A stretch of 64,000 bases of DNA from Candidatus Magasanikiibacteriota bacterium (GCA_002716765.1 PBBY01000016.1:47322-111321); one strand, 5' to 3'; positions 42,002 to 53,825 are shown, numbered from the stretch's first letter. Numbers and translations are program-made. Notes: a model not told the origin generated them from the letters alone.

Positions 42002-42189
42002 AATAGCCCTTTCGTTTGCTAAAATGGTGCTCTCTATCTTATTGATATGTTGCTGCAAGTAAAAGATAAAGAGAGAGTTTAAAATATATGAGCAGCATGT
42101 TATATACACAACGTATATACACCATGCTACTCATACATCACTTCATTTTCCTTCCTTTCCTATTATTGTATTGATCAGTGTAAGACTTA

Positions 42190-42311
42190 ATTACATGAAA
42201 CCCTTACACAAGAAACGAGTACTGATCTGGGCAAGTTTAGAAATAAGACCCTTCTAGTACTTGTCGCCTCTTGTGTAGTGACTTCTGTTTTTTCTTATAA
42301 TTCATTGTAAC
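42190..42311 (-). ncRNA. candidate rod-shaped structured RNA or leader
   Basis: closing stem 42311-42301/42199-42190 and long inner stem 42277-42205; starts at the predicted TSS. Confidence 0.4.
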
Positions 42312-42316
42312 CATGC

Positions 42317-42345
42317 ATTATATCATACTTTACTACTTTTGTCAA
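42317..42345 (-). promoter_or_regulatory. consensus sigma70 promoter
   Basis: TTGACA-17-TATAAT with TGn extension. Confidence 0.88.
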
Positions 42346-42565
42346 GTGTTTTATGTGCTTTTTTGCTATATTTTTCCTAATATCCTTTTTTTAGGCTAAT
42401 TTTAGCCAATTTTTCCTGTTATTTCCCTCTATATATCCCCTATTTTTTACCATTTTTTTCTTAATATAATACTTTTATTATTTTTTTTCTTTACAAATTT
42501 ACTCTTTACAGGTTGCTGAAAACATGCTACAATCTAGCCGACCACTTACACAAAAAGGAGAAAAC

Positions 42566-42898
42566 ATGAAAGTGGACTGCCAATTTCCAAAAATAACATT
42601 ACCAAATTGCCCTACCCTGGTGGCTCGACTTCGTGCAAAACTTGCTGAGTATGAAGGACGTAATCCGTATACCTCACCCGAGTGCGATCAAGATAACTTC
42701 TTTAAGAAGGAAATCTTGAAAAGACTTATTGAGGCTGGACAAGTTACTCAAGAATGGTGTGAAAGCAGGTTCAGCGACCTCCCAAGAGATATTTATCACA
42801 CATATTATCTTGCAAATGCATTATGTGTAATAAACGCCTACTGTCTGCTAGATTTTGTAAGTATAAAAGACGGTACTGGACTTCCAAGCCCCGCTTAA
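42566..42898 (+). CDS. hypothetical protein (110 aa)
   Basis: AAGGAG before ATG; promoter TTTACA-17-TACAAT; terminator downstream. Confidence 0.7.
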   Translation: MKVDCQFPKITLPNCPTLVARLRAKLAEYEGRNPYTSPECDQDNFFKKEILKRLIEAGQVTQEWCESRFSDLPRDIYHTYYLANALCVINAYCLLDFVSIKDGTGLPSPA

Positions 42899-42912
42899 AA
42901 ATATGGAAGCAC

Positions 42913-42964
42913 ACCTCTTTTCATTGTTCTTTTTTTTTGCGACCTCCGAAGGAAGGTTGTTTTT
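42913..42964 (+). terminator. terminator; right copy of inverted repeat
   Basis: TTGTTCTTTTTTTTT-GCGACCTCC-gaa-GGAAGGTTGT-TTTT. Confidence 0.7.
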
Positions 42965-43065
42965 ATTTTCACGGAAAATAAGGTGTCGTACAATGTTATC
43001 ATTCCCCTATTTCTTTGTGTATAAAAAAACACCCTTTCAGGTGTTTCTTTATTTGTATTTTACCT

Positions 43066-43815
43066 TTATTTTGTTAGTTCTGCCAATATTGCATCTACGT
43101 TTTCAAATGGTTGTGCGCCAGATATTACTTGTTTGTTTCCTTTTTTATCTATAATAATGGTGTGCGGTGTTCCTCTTACTCCTACTTTTGTTGCAGAAGC
43201 AATGTCTTCGTCTACATCTTTTGCTGTTTTTTGCTCACTTACACAATCAGCAAACTTCTTTTCGTTTAGTGATAACTCTTTTGCAATTTCGTTGTATTTA
43301 CTTACATTAAGTGATTTGTAATCTTCTATTAACTTGTCTGAGAACTCCCAGAATTTTCCCTGAAGACCGGCACATTCTGCTGCAACTGCTGCTGGTTTTG
43401 CGTTTTGATGAAATGATAATGGAAAATGTCTGTAAACCCATCGAACATCATCACCATATTTATCCATTACTTTTTTCATGGTTTCGTGAAATCGTGAACA
43501 AAACGGGCATTCGTAATCGGAATATTCTACCAACGTTATTTTTGCTTTTGCGTTTCCTCGTATATGATCATCTTTGGTAACTGCGGCAAGTTCCCCACTT
43601 GGTGCGACAGGTTGAGCCGCTGGTGGATTACCTGCTGCCACATGCGCTGCGGGTTGTGTTCCTGTATTTCCTCCTAAATACATATTTAATAGAATAAAAA
43701 AACCAATAGTACACAATAATAATATTCCACCAACAGCACCAATAACAAACATTTGGGTTGGTGATAAATTACATACATATGAACTAGTTGTTCCACATTT
43801 TTCCTTTGAATTCAT
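43066..43815 (-). CDS. DsbA family oxidoreductase
   Basis: EYSDYECPFC, YRHFPL, GVRGTP. Confidence 0.93.
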   Translation of the reverse strand: MNSKEKCGTTSSYVCNLSPTQMFVIGAVGGILLLCTIGFFILLNMYLGGNTGTQPAAHVAAGNPPAAQPVAPSGELAAVTKDDHIRGNAKAKITLVEYSDYECPFCSRFHETMKKVMDKYGDDVRWVYRHFPLSFHQNAKPAAVAAECAGLQGKFWEFSDKLIEDYKSLNVSKYNEIAKELSLNEKKFADCVSEQKTAKDVDEDIASATKVGVRGTPHTIIIDKKGNKQVISGAQPFENVDAILAELTK

Positions 43816-43883
43816 AATTGAAAACTTAAATAAATAGTGTAAATAGTATAACAAAAACGAGCAGGTCCAACAAGTAAATAGTG

Positions 43884-45197
43884 TTAATAGTCTTTTATAA
43901 GATATGTAAGTGGATTTAGTGGGATACCATTTTTTCGTACTTCAAAATGTAAATGTGGTCCAGTCGTAAACGGCCCTGCGCCAACAGTTCCTGGCATCCC
44001 ACCAGAGTAACCTATAACTTCCCCTCGGGTCACAAACTGATCTTCTGAGACTATTATTTTTGCTGCATGACCATACACAGTAGACAATCCTCCGGAGTGA
44101 ATAAGCATAATATAACCATAACATGACGCTTTGGAGCAACGTCTTGCTCGACCAACATATCCGGAGGCCACTGCTTTTAATGGCGTACCTTGTGCTGCAC
44201 GAATATCTATTGCGTTATGCTCAAATATGTGTCGGTATGGGTAGTCTGGATCTCTGTAACGTGTGGTAATATACCTACTTTGTGTAGGCCAAGAAAGTGA
44301 CGTAGCATTATCTCCTTTTAAATTATCGAGCTTGTCTTGATCTTGAAGTTTTCCTCTGATTTCTTTTTCTATACCAGAAATTTCATTTTCTATATCTTGG
44401 TATTGTTTTTTTAATTGTTTGAGTAATGTATTATATGTTCTTTCAGAAGATTGTGTTTGTTCCAGCAATACTCTTTTTGCATATTTTCGCTCTTCTAGAT
44501 CTGTCTTTTTTTGAGTAATTTCTTCTTGGAAATTTTCTAATAATTCCTGCTTATTCTTTTTTTCTAAAACCTTTTCTTCTAATTGTGTTTTTGCAATACG
44601 TAGCGATTGTACATTTGCTCCCAAATTTGATTCAACCGTTTCTAAATATTGCAGTGAATTATAAAAATCCGAAAAACTATTGTAGTTTGTTGCTATTTCT
44701 ATATACTTCTTAGAATCATTTTGATGAATAGCTCGCAATAATTCTGCAATCATTATTTTTTGTCTTTCTAATACATGTTGCTTTTCTTCTATAGAAAGCT
44801 CAAAAGCACGCACTTCTAAAGCCACAGCATCTATGTTTTGCTGCGTTGCTTCTATTTCTAATTGCACTTCTGCTACACGATTATCTAAGATAGCTGTTTG
44901 ATTGGCTAATGATGTTGCTTGTAATCTTTTTGCAGCTATTTTCTTTTTGTATGCTTGAATACTTTTTTCTAATTTCGCTACCTTTTCTTTTTTTTCGCTA
45001 ATTTTTTGTTGTAAAACAGATACTTCTTCATTACTTCCACCGGATTCAAGATTGTGCGTATGAAGGTGACCATGACCATGACTATGATAAAGCGCACCAA
45101 AAACAGCTGTTGGTGCAAGAATACAAAAAAAGCACAACCCAGTCATAATATAACTGACATGTTTTGAACAAAGAAAGTTTTGAGCAAAACCATGCAT
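43884..45197 (-). CDS. coiled-coil M23 peptidase (EnvC/NlpD-like)
   Basis: HNAIDI, TVYGH, TGPHLHFEVR; start uncertain. Confidence 0.9.
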   Translation of the reverse strand: MHGFAQNFLCSKHVSYIMTGLCFFCILAPTAVFGALYHSHGHGHLHTHNLESGGSNEEVSVLQQKISEKKEKVAKLEKSIQAYKKKIAAKRLQATSLANQTAILDNRVAEVQLEIEATQQNIDAVALEVRAFELSIEEKQHVLERQKIMIAELLRAIHQNDSKKYIEIATNYNSFSDFYNSLQYLETVESNLGANVQSLRIAKTQLEEKVLEKKNKQELLENFQEEITQKKTDLEERKYAKRVLLEQTQSSERTYNTLLKQLKKQYQDIENEISGIEKEIRGKLQDQDKLDNLKGDNATSLSWPTQSRYITTRYRDPDYPYRHIFEHNAIDIRAAQGTPLKAVASGYVGRARRCSKASCYGYIMLIHSGGLSTVYGHAAKIIVSEDQFVTRGEVIGYSGGMPGTVGAGPFTTGPHLHFEVRKNGIPLNPLTYLIKDY

Positions 45198-45198
45198 A

Positions 45199-46263
45199 TT
45201 ACTTTTGTAGTTTAACCACTTGTGTTGGATACGCAAAACCAATATTATTTTTGGTAAATTCTTCTAAAATAGCAAAGAGTATTTTTTCTTTAACCGTTAC
45301 GTAATCAATAAATTGATTTGAATTAACATAATACACACAATCAAAGTTCAAACTAAAATCACCAAAAGCAGAAAAATTACATCGATCAAAGTCTACTATA
45401 CTATTCTTTTTAATTACGTGCCCCACAATACCCGGAATTGACTCAAGCTTCTTTTTTGACGTTTCATATTCTACACCAAAAGTAAATGACTCTCTTCTTC
45501 TTTTTAATTGACCAAAATTTTGAATTTGTGCGTTGGTAATTTCTTTATTTGGCATAACTAATTCTTCTCCACGGAGCGTTTCTATTCTGGTTGTTTTAAG
45601 TCCAATATACCGAACTGTTCCACTACTTTCACCAATCGCAATATAATCCCCAACCTGGAATGGCTTATCCATAAATATAGAAAATGAGCTAAAAAAATCA
45701 CTGAGTACATTTTGGAGCGCCAATGCAACTGCAATACCACCAATACCAAGACTAGCAACAAAAGCGGTTACATTTATTCCAAGATTAGACAAAATAACTA
45801 ATATAACAAGGACCCACAATATTGCTACAATAAATGATCGTAAAATACGCAACATAGCTTTTGCATGCCCTCTTCCCTTTTTTGTTACTCGTCCTAAATA
45901 TATTTCTACCAAAGCATCAAAAAAGTCGGCAATAGCGTGTATAATTTCATACACCACAAGTAGCAACAAAACAACACTTACCACTTGCATTACACGTTGC
46001 GGCATTGTAATATGCTGCAATGCAATGTACAGAGAAATACTAATGTAAAACTTTGACTGAAGCCCATGAATAAACGCAATAACCGCATCATCGTATTGAT
46101 TTTTGGTCTTTTTTGCTAAAGTAACCGCCCTTTTTAATACAATTGAGCGAAATATATGCAACGCAATCATCGCGACTATAAAATAACAGGCCGCCAATAG
46201 ATATTGCCACATTGAGTTACTAAATAATTCATATTGCTGCAATATATGCAAAACAACTTCCAT
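45199..46263 (-). CDS. mscS: MscS mechanosensitive channel
   Basis: LGIGGIAVALALQ, DKPFQVGD, FAYPTQ. Confidence 0.92.
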   Translation of the reverse strand: MEVVLHILQQYELFSNSMWQYLLAACYFIVAMIALHIFRSIVLKRAVTLAKKTKNQYDDAVIAFIHGLQSKFYISISLYIALQHITMPQRVMQVVSVVLLLLVVYEIIHAIADFFDALVEIYLGRVTKKGRGHAKAMLRILRSFIVAILWVLVILVILSNLGINVTAFVASLGIGGIAVALALQNVLSDFFSSFSIFMDKPFQVGDYIAIGESSGTVRYIGLKTTRIETLRGEELVMPNKEITNAQIQNFGQLKRRRESFTFGVEYETSKKKLESIPGIVGHVIKKNSIVDFDRCNFSAFGDFSLNFDCVYYVNSNQFIDYVTVKEKILFAILEEFTKNNIGFAYPTQVVKLQK

Positions 46264-46313
46264 AAATAGATAGTTAATAATTATACATATAGTATACACC
46301 AAAAAGTGTTGTG

Positions 46314-47621
46314 TTACATCCCCTCAACAAGCGGTTTTAATTTCTTTTTCCCCTTTTTTCCTAAAACTTCTCTTTGAAACAAAATAAGACCGAGAATACT
46401 TACAAGTATTACAGCAAGTAAAGCTGCAGATGCGTAGATCGCATCAAACATGTGGTGTGTTAACGCAACAGTAATAAAAACTAAACCAACCTCACCACGA
46501 ATACTCATTGCATATCCCACAAGTCTCCCATCTTTCTCCTTTGCAAAGAAATATTTAACAAGATACTTCCCAAAGAAACCTAGTCCTGTAAAAATCAAAG
46601 CAAGTAACCACACCTCCCAAGAAAGCAGCGCTTCTCGTGGTAACATAGTACCAAGACTAACAAGAAACGCTCCAACAAAAATGTGAGTATACCCTTCTAT
46701 TTTTTCCCACGCAGTCTTTTTTATAGAATTGTCAACCTTTGATAAAACAACTCCTATACCAAAAGCGCCAAGAACTGGCTCAAGACCAGCAACCCCGGCA
46801 ATTGCAGAAGCAAGAATAAGTGCACCAAAGAAGAATCGCGTGTACAACTGCGTCCCATCGTTAGCATAATGCCGATCAAGATATTGTGCAATCTTATCTG
46901 CAACACCACTAACCCAAAGCAGATACGTACCAATAACAAAAAATCCGATTACTAGTAATATAATAATAAATGGGGCAACTGCTGTATACCCTTGAGACAC
47001 TTTTAGTAGTGTGGTTAGAATAATTACACCTAAAATATTGTCTATTAATGCACCACCAACTATTTTATTCCCAAGATTCGTTTGTAGCATATTTGCACGC
47101 TTAAGCAACTCAACAGATAAACCAACAGAAGTGGCTGTAAAAATACCCCCTAAGAAAAGTGCTGAAACGATCGACATGTCTAAAACAAAATACCCAAACA
47201 AACCAAGTGTACAAAGAGGAACACGAACACCAACAACCGCCACACGTGTGGCAAGAGCCGTGTTTTTTTTCAGTAGCAATGGGTCAAAATGTAACCCAGC
47301 CTCAAATAAAATAAATAACACACCAGCAACACGCGCTAACTCTACACCAACACTATATGCATCAAGCACCCCAAAAAATGCTGGACCAACCAAGACACCC
47401 ATAATAATCTTTCCTGCCATTGGAGCAGTACCAAAGAAGAGGGCTAATCTCCGACCAAAAGAAGCAAACAGTGCTAAAAATGCCACATCTACAAGTATAG
47501 GCATAATAATCCGCATATCATCGCTATGGCTCATTTCTAAACCAATGCGTAAATAGTATAAGGTTAGGCAAAGTATAGCTAACTCAAATACTAATAAAAA
47601 AAAGGTTTGTATTTTTTTCAT
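46314..47621 (-). CDS. CPA2-type cation:proton antiporter
   Basis: GVLVGP, LFEAGL, TATSVG, LGAFGIG, RGEVGL. Confidence 0.88.
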   Translation of the reverse strand: MKKIQTFFLLVFELAILCLTLYYLRIGLEMSHSDDMRIIMPILVDVAFLALFASFGRRLALFFGTAPMAGKIIMGVLVGPAFFGVLDAYSVGVELARVAGVLFILFEAGLHFDPLLLKKNTALATRVAVVGVRVPLCTLGLFGYFVLDMSIVSALFLGGIFTATSVGLSVELLKRANMLQTNLGNKIVGGALIDNILGVIILTTLLKVSQGYTAVAPFIIILLVIGFFVIGTYLLWVSGVADKIAQYLDRHYANDGTQLYTRFFFGALILASAIAGVAGLEPVLGAFGIGVVLSKVDNSIKKTAWEKIEGYTHIFVGAFLVSLGTMLPREALLSWEVWLLALIFTGLGFFGKYLVKYFFAKEKDGRLVGYAMSIRGEVGLVFITVALTHHMFDAIYASAALLAVILVSILGLILFQREVLGKKGKKKLKPLVEGM

Positions 47622-47774
47622 ATGTCTATTACATAATATTTTATTATCTCAAAATAAGATAAAGAAGAGTAAAGATGCATGCTATGCATTATATATTTCA
47701 TATAATACACTAATTTCACTAAAATGTAAAAAAACGAATCGAAATTCGTTTTTTATGCAATACATTATATGTAG

Positions 47775-48185
47775 TTATTTCCTATACCTATTACCCACAG
47801 ATATACGGACAAGTTCTTTTTCTAGTTTTGCTTGAATACGTGCAAAATCAATATCAAGCATATCCTGCTTTTGTGCCATAAGCTCTTCTGCCTTCTTTTT
47901 TGCTGCTTCGGCACGAGCAACATCAAGATGCTCAACCCGCTCAGAGGTATTTGCAAGCACAACAACCTCACCTTCTGGCGACACCTCCACAACACCATGT
48001 GATACAGATAACACTTGGGTATTCTGGTCTTTTTCTACCAGAAGCTCTCCGGGAACAACCACAGAAATAAGTGCTGCATGATCCGGTAGCAATGTAATAA
48101 CCCCATCCTTCGTTGGAACAGAAACCGAGAGCACTGTATCATCGTTGTATGTAACACCATATGGTGTTGCAAGAGTAAATTTCAT
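47775..48185 (-). CDS. atpC: ATP synthase epsilon
   Basis: LATPYG, GVITLLPDHA, C-terminal helical hairpin. Confidence 0.93.
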   Translation of the reverse strand: MKFTLATPYGVTYNDDTVLSVSVPTKDGVITLLPDHAALISVVVPGELLVEKDQNTQVLSVSHGVVEVSPEGEVVVLANTSERVEHLDVARAEAAKKKAEELMAQKQDMLDIDFARIQAKLEKELVRISVGNRYRK

Positions 48186-48205
48186 AGAAATAATGTAATA
48201 TCTAT

Positions 48206-48880
48206 CTATTTTTTTAACGTCACACCTGTAATAACAATAGGGTCAACTGGATTATCCCTTCCATCTGTTTGGGATGACTCAATCGTAGTAACAACATCCA
48301 TACCCTCAACAACATAACCAAAGTTTGTGTGTCGCATATCTAGGTGTGGTGTTTCTTCTGCGGTCACAATAAAAAACTGAGATCCGTTTGTATTTGGTCC
48401 GGCATTTGCCATAGCTAAAGATCCACGAACAATCTTATGCGTGTTAAATTCATCACCAAAACGATATTCTGGTCCACCTGTCCCGTGTTGCATTCTGTCT
48501 GAATTTTTACTTAACGGATCACCACCTTGAATCATGAAATTGGGAATAACACGATGGAATGTAGTGTCATTGTAAAAACCTGACTCAGCGAGGTTAAGGA
48601 AATTGTTTACTGTAATTGGCGATTCTTCACCATAAAACGCTAAAGTAATATCCCCTTTATTAGTATGTAAGACTGCACCAGAATAGGTTTGGCGTAAATC
48701 TTTGTGATCTGGGAGGTGTGTTGTTTTTTCCATATGTTTTTTTGAATTAATAATCTCTTTAGAATCTACTTTTTTTGAGTCATTAATATTATTAGTAGGC
48801 ACAGATGTTTGTCTAGCGCAACCAGAAACAATCAAAACCATGATTATTACAAAGAAACGAATGACATGTTGTTTAGTCAT
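48206..48880 (-). CDS. cyclophilin-type peptidyl-prolyl isomerase, lipoprotein
   Basis: lipobox VSGC; FHRVIPNFMIQGGDP, AMANAGPNTNGSQFFI. Confidence 0.95.
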   Translation of the reverse strand: MTKQHVIRFFVIIMVLIVSGCARQTSVPTNNINDSKKVDSKEIINSKKHMEKTTHLPDHKDLRQTYSGAVLHTNKGDITLAFYGEESPITVNNFLNLAESGFYNDTTFHRVIPNFMIQGGDPLSKNSDRMQHGTGGPEYRFGDEFNTHKIVRGSLAMANAGPNTNGSQFFIVTAEETPHLDMRHTNFGYVVEGMDVVTTIESSQTDGRDNPVDPIVITGVTLKK

Positions 48881-48896
48881 AAGAGAGAAAATAAGA

Positions 48897-51285
<2,389 letters not shown>

Positions 51286-51316
51286 ACTTGTTGGTTAATA
51301 GAAATAGTTGGACTAT

Positions 51317-52807
51317 TTATGCATTATATTGATCACAAATATCCTTCAAGCCACCCTGCACATCATCATTCCACACGCCGTCACGAATACTTTCCAGAAT
51401 AGCAGACTTAGTCTTTCGCGCAAATGTAATGAGTTTTTCTTGCTCACTCTGTATATCTGCTACAGGAACAGCATCAAAATACCCATTTCCAGCAGCGTAA
51501 ATAACCAACACCTGCTCTTCTACAACCATTGGTGCATATTGTGGCTGTTTTAATAATTCTGCAAGTCTTTGACCTCTGTCAATTTGTTTTTTTGTATCTA
51601 CATCAAGATCGCTACTAAATTGCGCAAAGGCTTCAAGTTCACGAAACTGCGCCAGACTTAATTTCAGTGAACCAGCAACTTTTTTCATTGGTTTTTTCTG
51701 TGCGTTTCCCCCAACACGTGATACAGAAAGCCCAACATTTAGTGCAGGTCTTACCCCTTTGTTAAAAAGCTGAGTCTCTAGATAAATTTGACCATCTGTA
51801 ATGGAAATAACATTTGTAGGAATATATGCCCCAACATCACCTGCTTGTGTTTCAATAATTGGCAAAGCTGTAATTGAACCACCTCCATTTTTTTCATCTA
51901 AATTACAGGCACGCTCAAGAAGACGAGAATGCAAATAAAACACATCTCCAGGATATGCTTCACGTCCCGGTGGCCTTCGAAGAAGCAGGGACATTTCTCT
52001 GTATGCCCAAGCTTGTTTTGTAAGATCATCATACACAACAAGGACGTCTTTACCCTTATCCGCAAAATATTCTGCAATTGTTGCTCCTGTATATGGTGCT
52101 AAAAAACTCATTGGCGCTGGCTCACTAGCAGCAGCCGAAACAACAACCGTGTAATCCATAGCACCTGCCTCACTAAGTTTAGAAACAATCCGTGCCACTT
52201 TTGACTCTTTTTGACCAATAGCAACATAAACACAAATCATGTCTTGATCTTTTTGATTTAGTATAGTATCTATGGCAATAGCTGTTTTTCCTGTCTGGCG
52301 GTCACCAATAATAAGTTCTCGCTGACCTCTTCCAATTGGAATAAGTGCGTCGATCGCCTTGATACCAGTTTGCATCGGCTGGTTCACTGGTGTTCGAGTC
52401 ATTACTCCGGGAGCCACACGTTCAATAGGATACTCTTTTTTTCCTTTAATAGACGCCTTACCGTCGACAGGCTCCCCAAGAGCATTTACCACACGACCAA
52501 TAAGTGCATCTGAAACAGGAATGGACATAATTTTTCCCGTACGCTCAACAACATCCCCTTCTTTAATATTGGTATAGTCACCTAGAATAATAGCACCAAC
52601 AGTATCCTCTTCAAGATTTAGTGCAAGACCACGTGTACCGTCCTCAAAAACAACCATTTCTTGTGATTGACAGCCAGATATTCCGCTCATTCGCACAATA
52701 CCATCACCAACCTCAATCACTCGACCAACCTCTACAACTTCTGGCTTGGTATCAAAATCATTAATTTGTTTTTTTAGCTTTGCAACTACTTGATCTGTAT
52801 ATGACAT
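51317..52807 (-). CDS. atpA: ATP synthase alpha
   Basis: [25 protein letters not shown]. Confidence 0.99.
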   Translation of the reverse strand: MSYTDQVVAKLKKQINDFDTKPEVVEVGRVIEVGDGIVRMSGISGCQSQEMVVFEDGTRGLALNLEEDTVGAIILGDYTNIKEGDVVERTGKIMSIPVSDALIGRVVNALGEPVDGKASIKGKKEYPIERVAPGVMTRTPVNQPMQTGIKAIDALIPIGRGQRELIIGDRQTGKTAIAIDTILNQKDQDMICVYVAIGQKESKVARIVSKLSEAGAMDYTVVVSAAASEPAPMSFLAPYTGATIAEYFADKGKDVLVVYDDLTKQAWAYREMSLLLRRPPGREAYPGDVFYLHSRLLERACNLDEKNGGGSITALPIIETQAGDVGAYIPTNVISITDGQIYLETQLFNKGVRPALNVGLSVSRVGGNAQKKPMKKVAGSLKLSLAQFRELEAFAQFSSDLDVDTKKQIDRGQRLAELLKQPQYAPMVVEEQVLVIYAAGNGYFDAVPVADIQSEQEKLITFARKTKSAILESIRDGVWNDDVQGGLKDICDQYNA

Positions 52808-52831
52808 ATAATAAATGAAAAAATATAATAG

Positions 52832-53218
52832 TTATAACTGGTGTGCCATCCTGTTAAGAATAGTACGAAAGCTCGCATCAATACGCTTTCCTTCAAAAGC
52901 TACCACGACTCCCCCAATGACTGAAGGGTCCACCACCTGCTTAACCATACTTTCGTCAAAGGAAAATGTTTTAGCGAGTTCCTTTTTCTGTTTTTCAGAT
53001 AAGGGAAAGGCGGTGGTAACAGATGCAGGAGTAACACCCTCTGCCTTCTGTGCATATTGGATAAACGAATGAATAATGTATGGTATTTTTGCCTTCATTT
53101 GTTGCGCAACAACCAGACGTAAAAATACTTTTATCGTCTTATCCACATCTTTTTTCTGACAATCTTTAGTAAGAAGGTATAATATTTTACCCATTTGTTG
53201 TGGTATAAGTTTGGGCAT
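52832..53218 (-). CDS. atpH: ATP synthase delta (short form)
   Basis: VTTAFPLS, VDPSVIGG, IDAS; operon position. Confidence 0.9.
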   Translation of the reverse strand: MPKLIPQQMGKILYLLTKDCQKKDVDKTIKVFLRLVVAQQMKAKIPYIIHSFIQYAQKAEGVTPASVTTAFPLSEKQKKELAKTFSFDESMVKQVVDPSVIGGVVVAFEGKRIDASFRTILNRMAHQL

Positions 53219-53219
53219 A

Positions 53220-53726
53220 CTATTGGATACTCTTAATAATATCTGCAATGTTTTTTGTACTCTTCTTACTATCCATCTCATTCCCAAGAAGTTTTTTTGC
53301 CACTTCAACAACCAAAGATACTGCTTCAGCTCTTATTTCTTCTTTCATTTGTTTTTTTTCTTGCTTAATATGCGTCTTTGCTTCAAAAACGAGTTTCTCG
53401 ACATCTTCTTTTGCCTTGTTTCTCATTGTCTCGGCAACAGTTTTTGCCTCATCATGAGATTTTTCTACTATAATATTCCCCTCTTTCTTTGCCTGACTTA
53501 TTATCTCTTTTGCTTTTTGTTCCGCAACCTCCATTACAGTCTTTGACTGAGTAAAATTATCAAGCCCCTCTTGAATCATTTTTTTTCGCTCATCAATAAC
53601 ACGTAATAATGGAGGAAAAATAAAGCGCTTTATTAGTAAGAAGACAATAAAAAAATTAATAAGATTAAATAAACCCATTCGCCAATCAAAGCCTACTTTT
53701 GCCAATGTATCAATAATAAATTCCAT
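53220..53726 (-). CDS. atpF: ATP synthase subunit b
   Basis: INFFIVFLLIKRFIFPPLL..DERK, coiled coil. Confidence 0.93.
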   Translation of the reverse strand: MEFIIDTLAKVGFDWRMGLFNLINFFIVFLLIKRFIFPPLLRVIDERKKMIQEGLDNFTQSKTVMEVAEQKAKEIISQAKKEGNIIVEKSHDEAKTVAETMRNKAKEDVEKLVFEAKTHIKQEKKQMKEEIRAEAVSLVVEVAKKLLGNEMDSKKSTKNIADIIKSIQ

Positions 53727-53825
53727 AAGATTATAAGAATAACGCAAGATGAAAAGTTCTATAAGAGAGGATCTCTCTTATACAACTCCCCACCCGTCAT
53801 TTAAGACAGGTTGAGTAAATCAAAA

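Noticed and set aside
41794-42003. Single frameshifted membrane gene joining the 27-aa and 29-aa ORFs
   Set aside because: Each ORF has its own SD and start, and there is no homopolymer at the putative junction; not fully excluded
42346-42500. T-rich low-complexity tract as a repeat element
   Set aside because: Explained as the AT-rich upstream region between two divergent promoters
47011-47556. Long antisense ORFs (e.g. 47011-47556, 8809-9210, 13272-13709, 63495-63908)
   Set aside because: Shadow ORFs opposite well-supported genes
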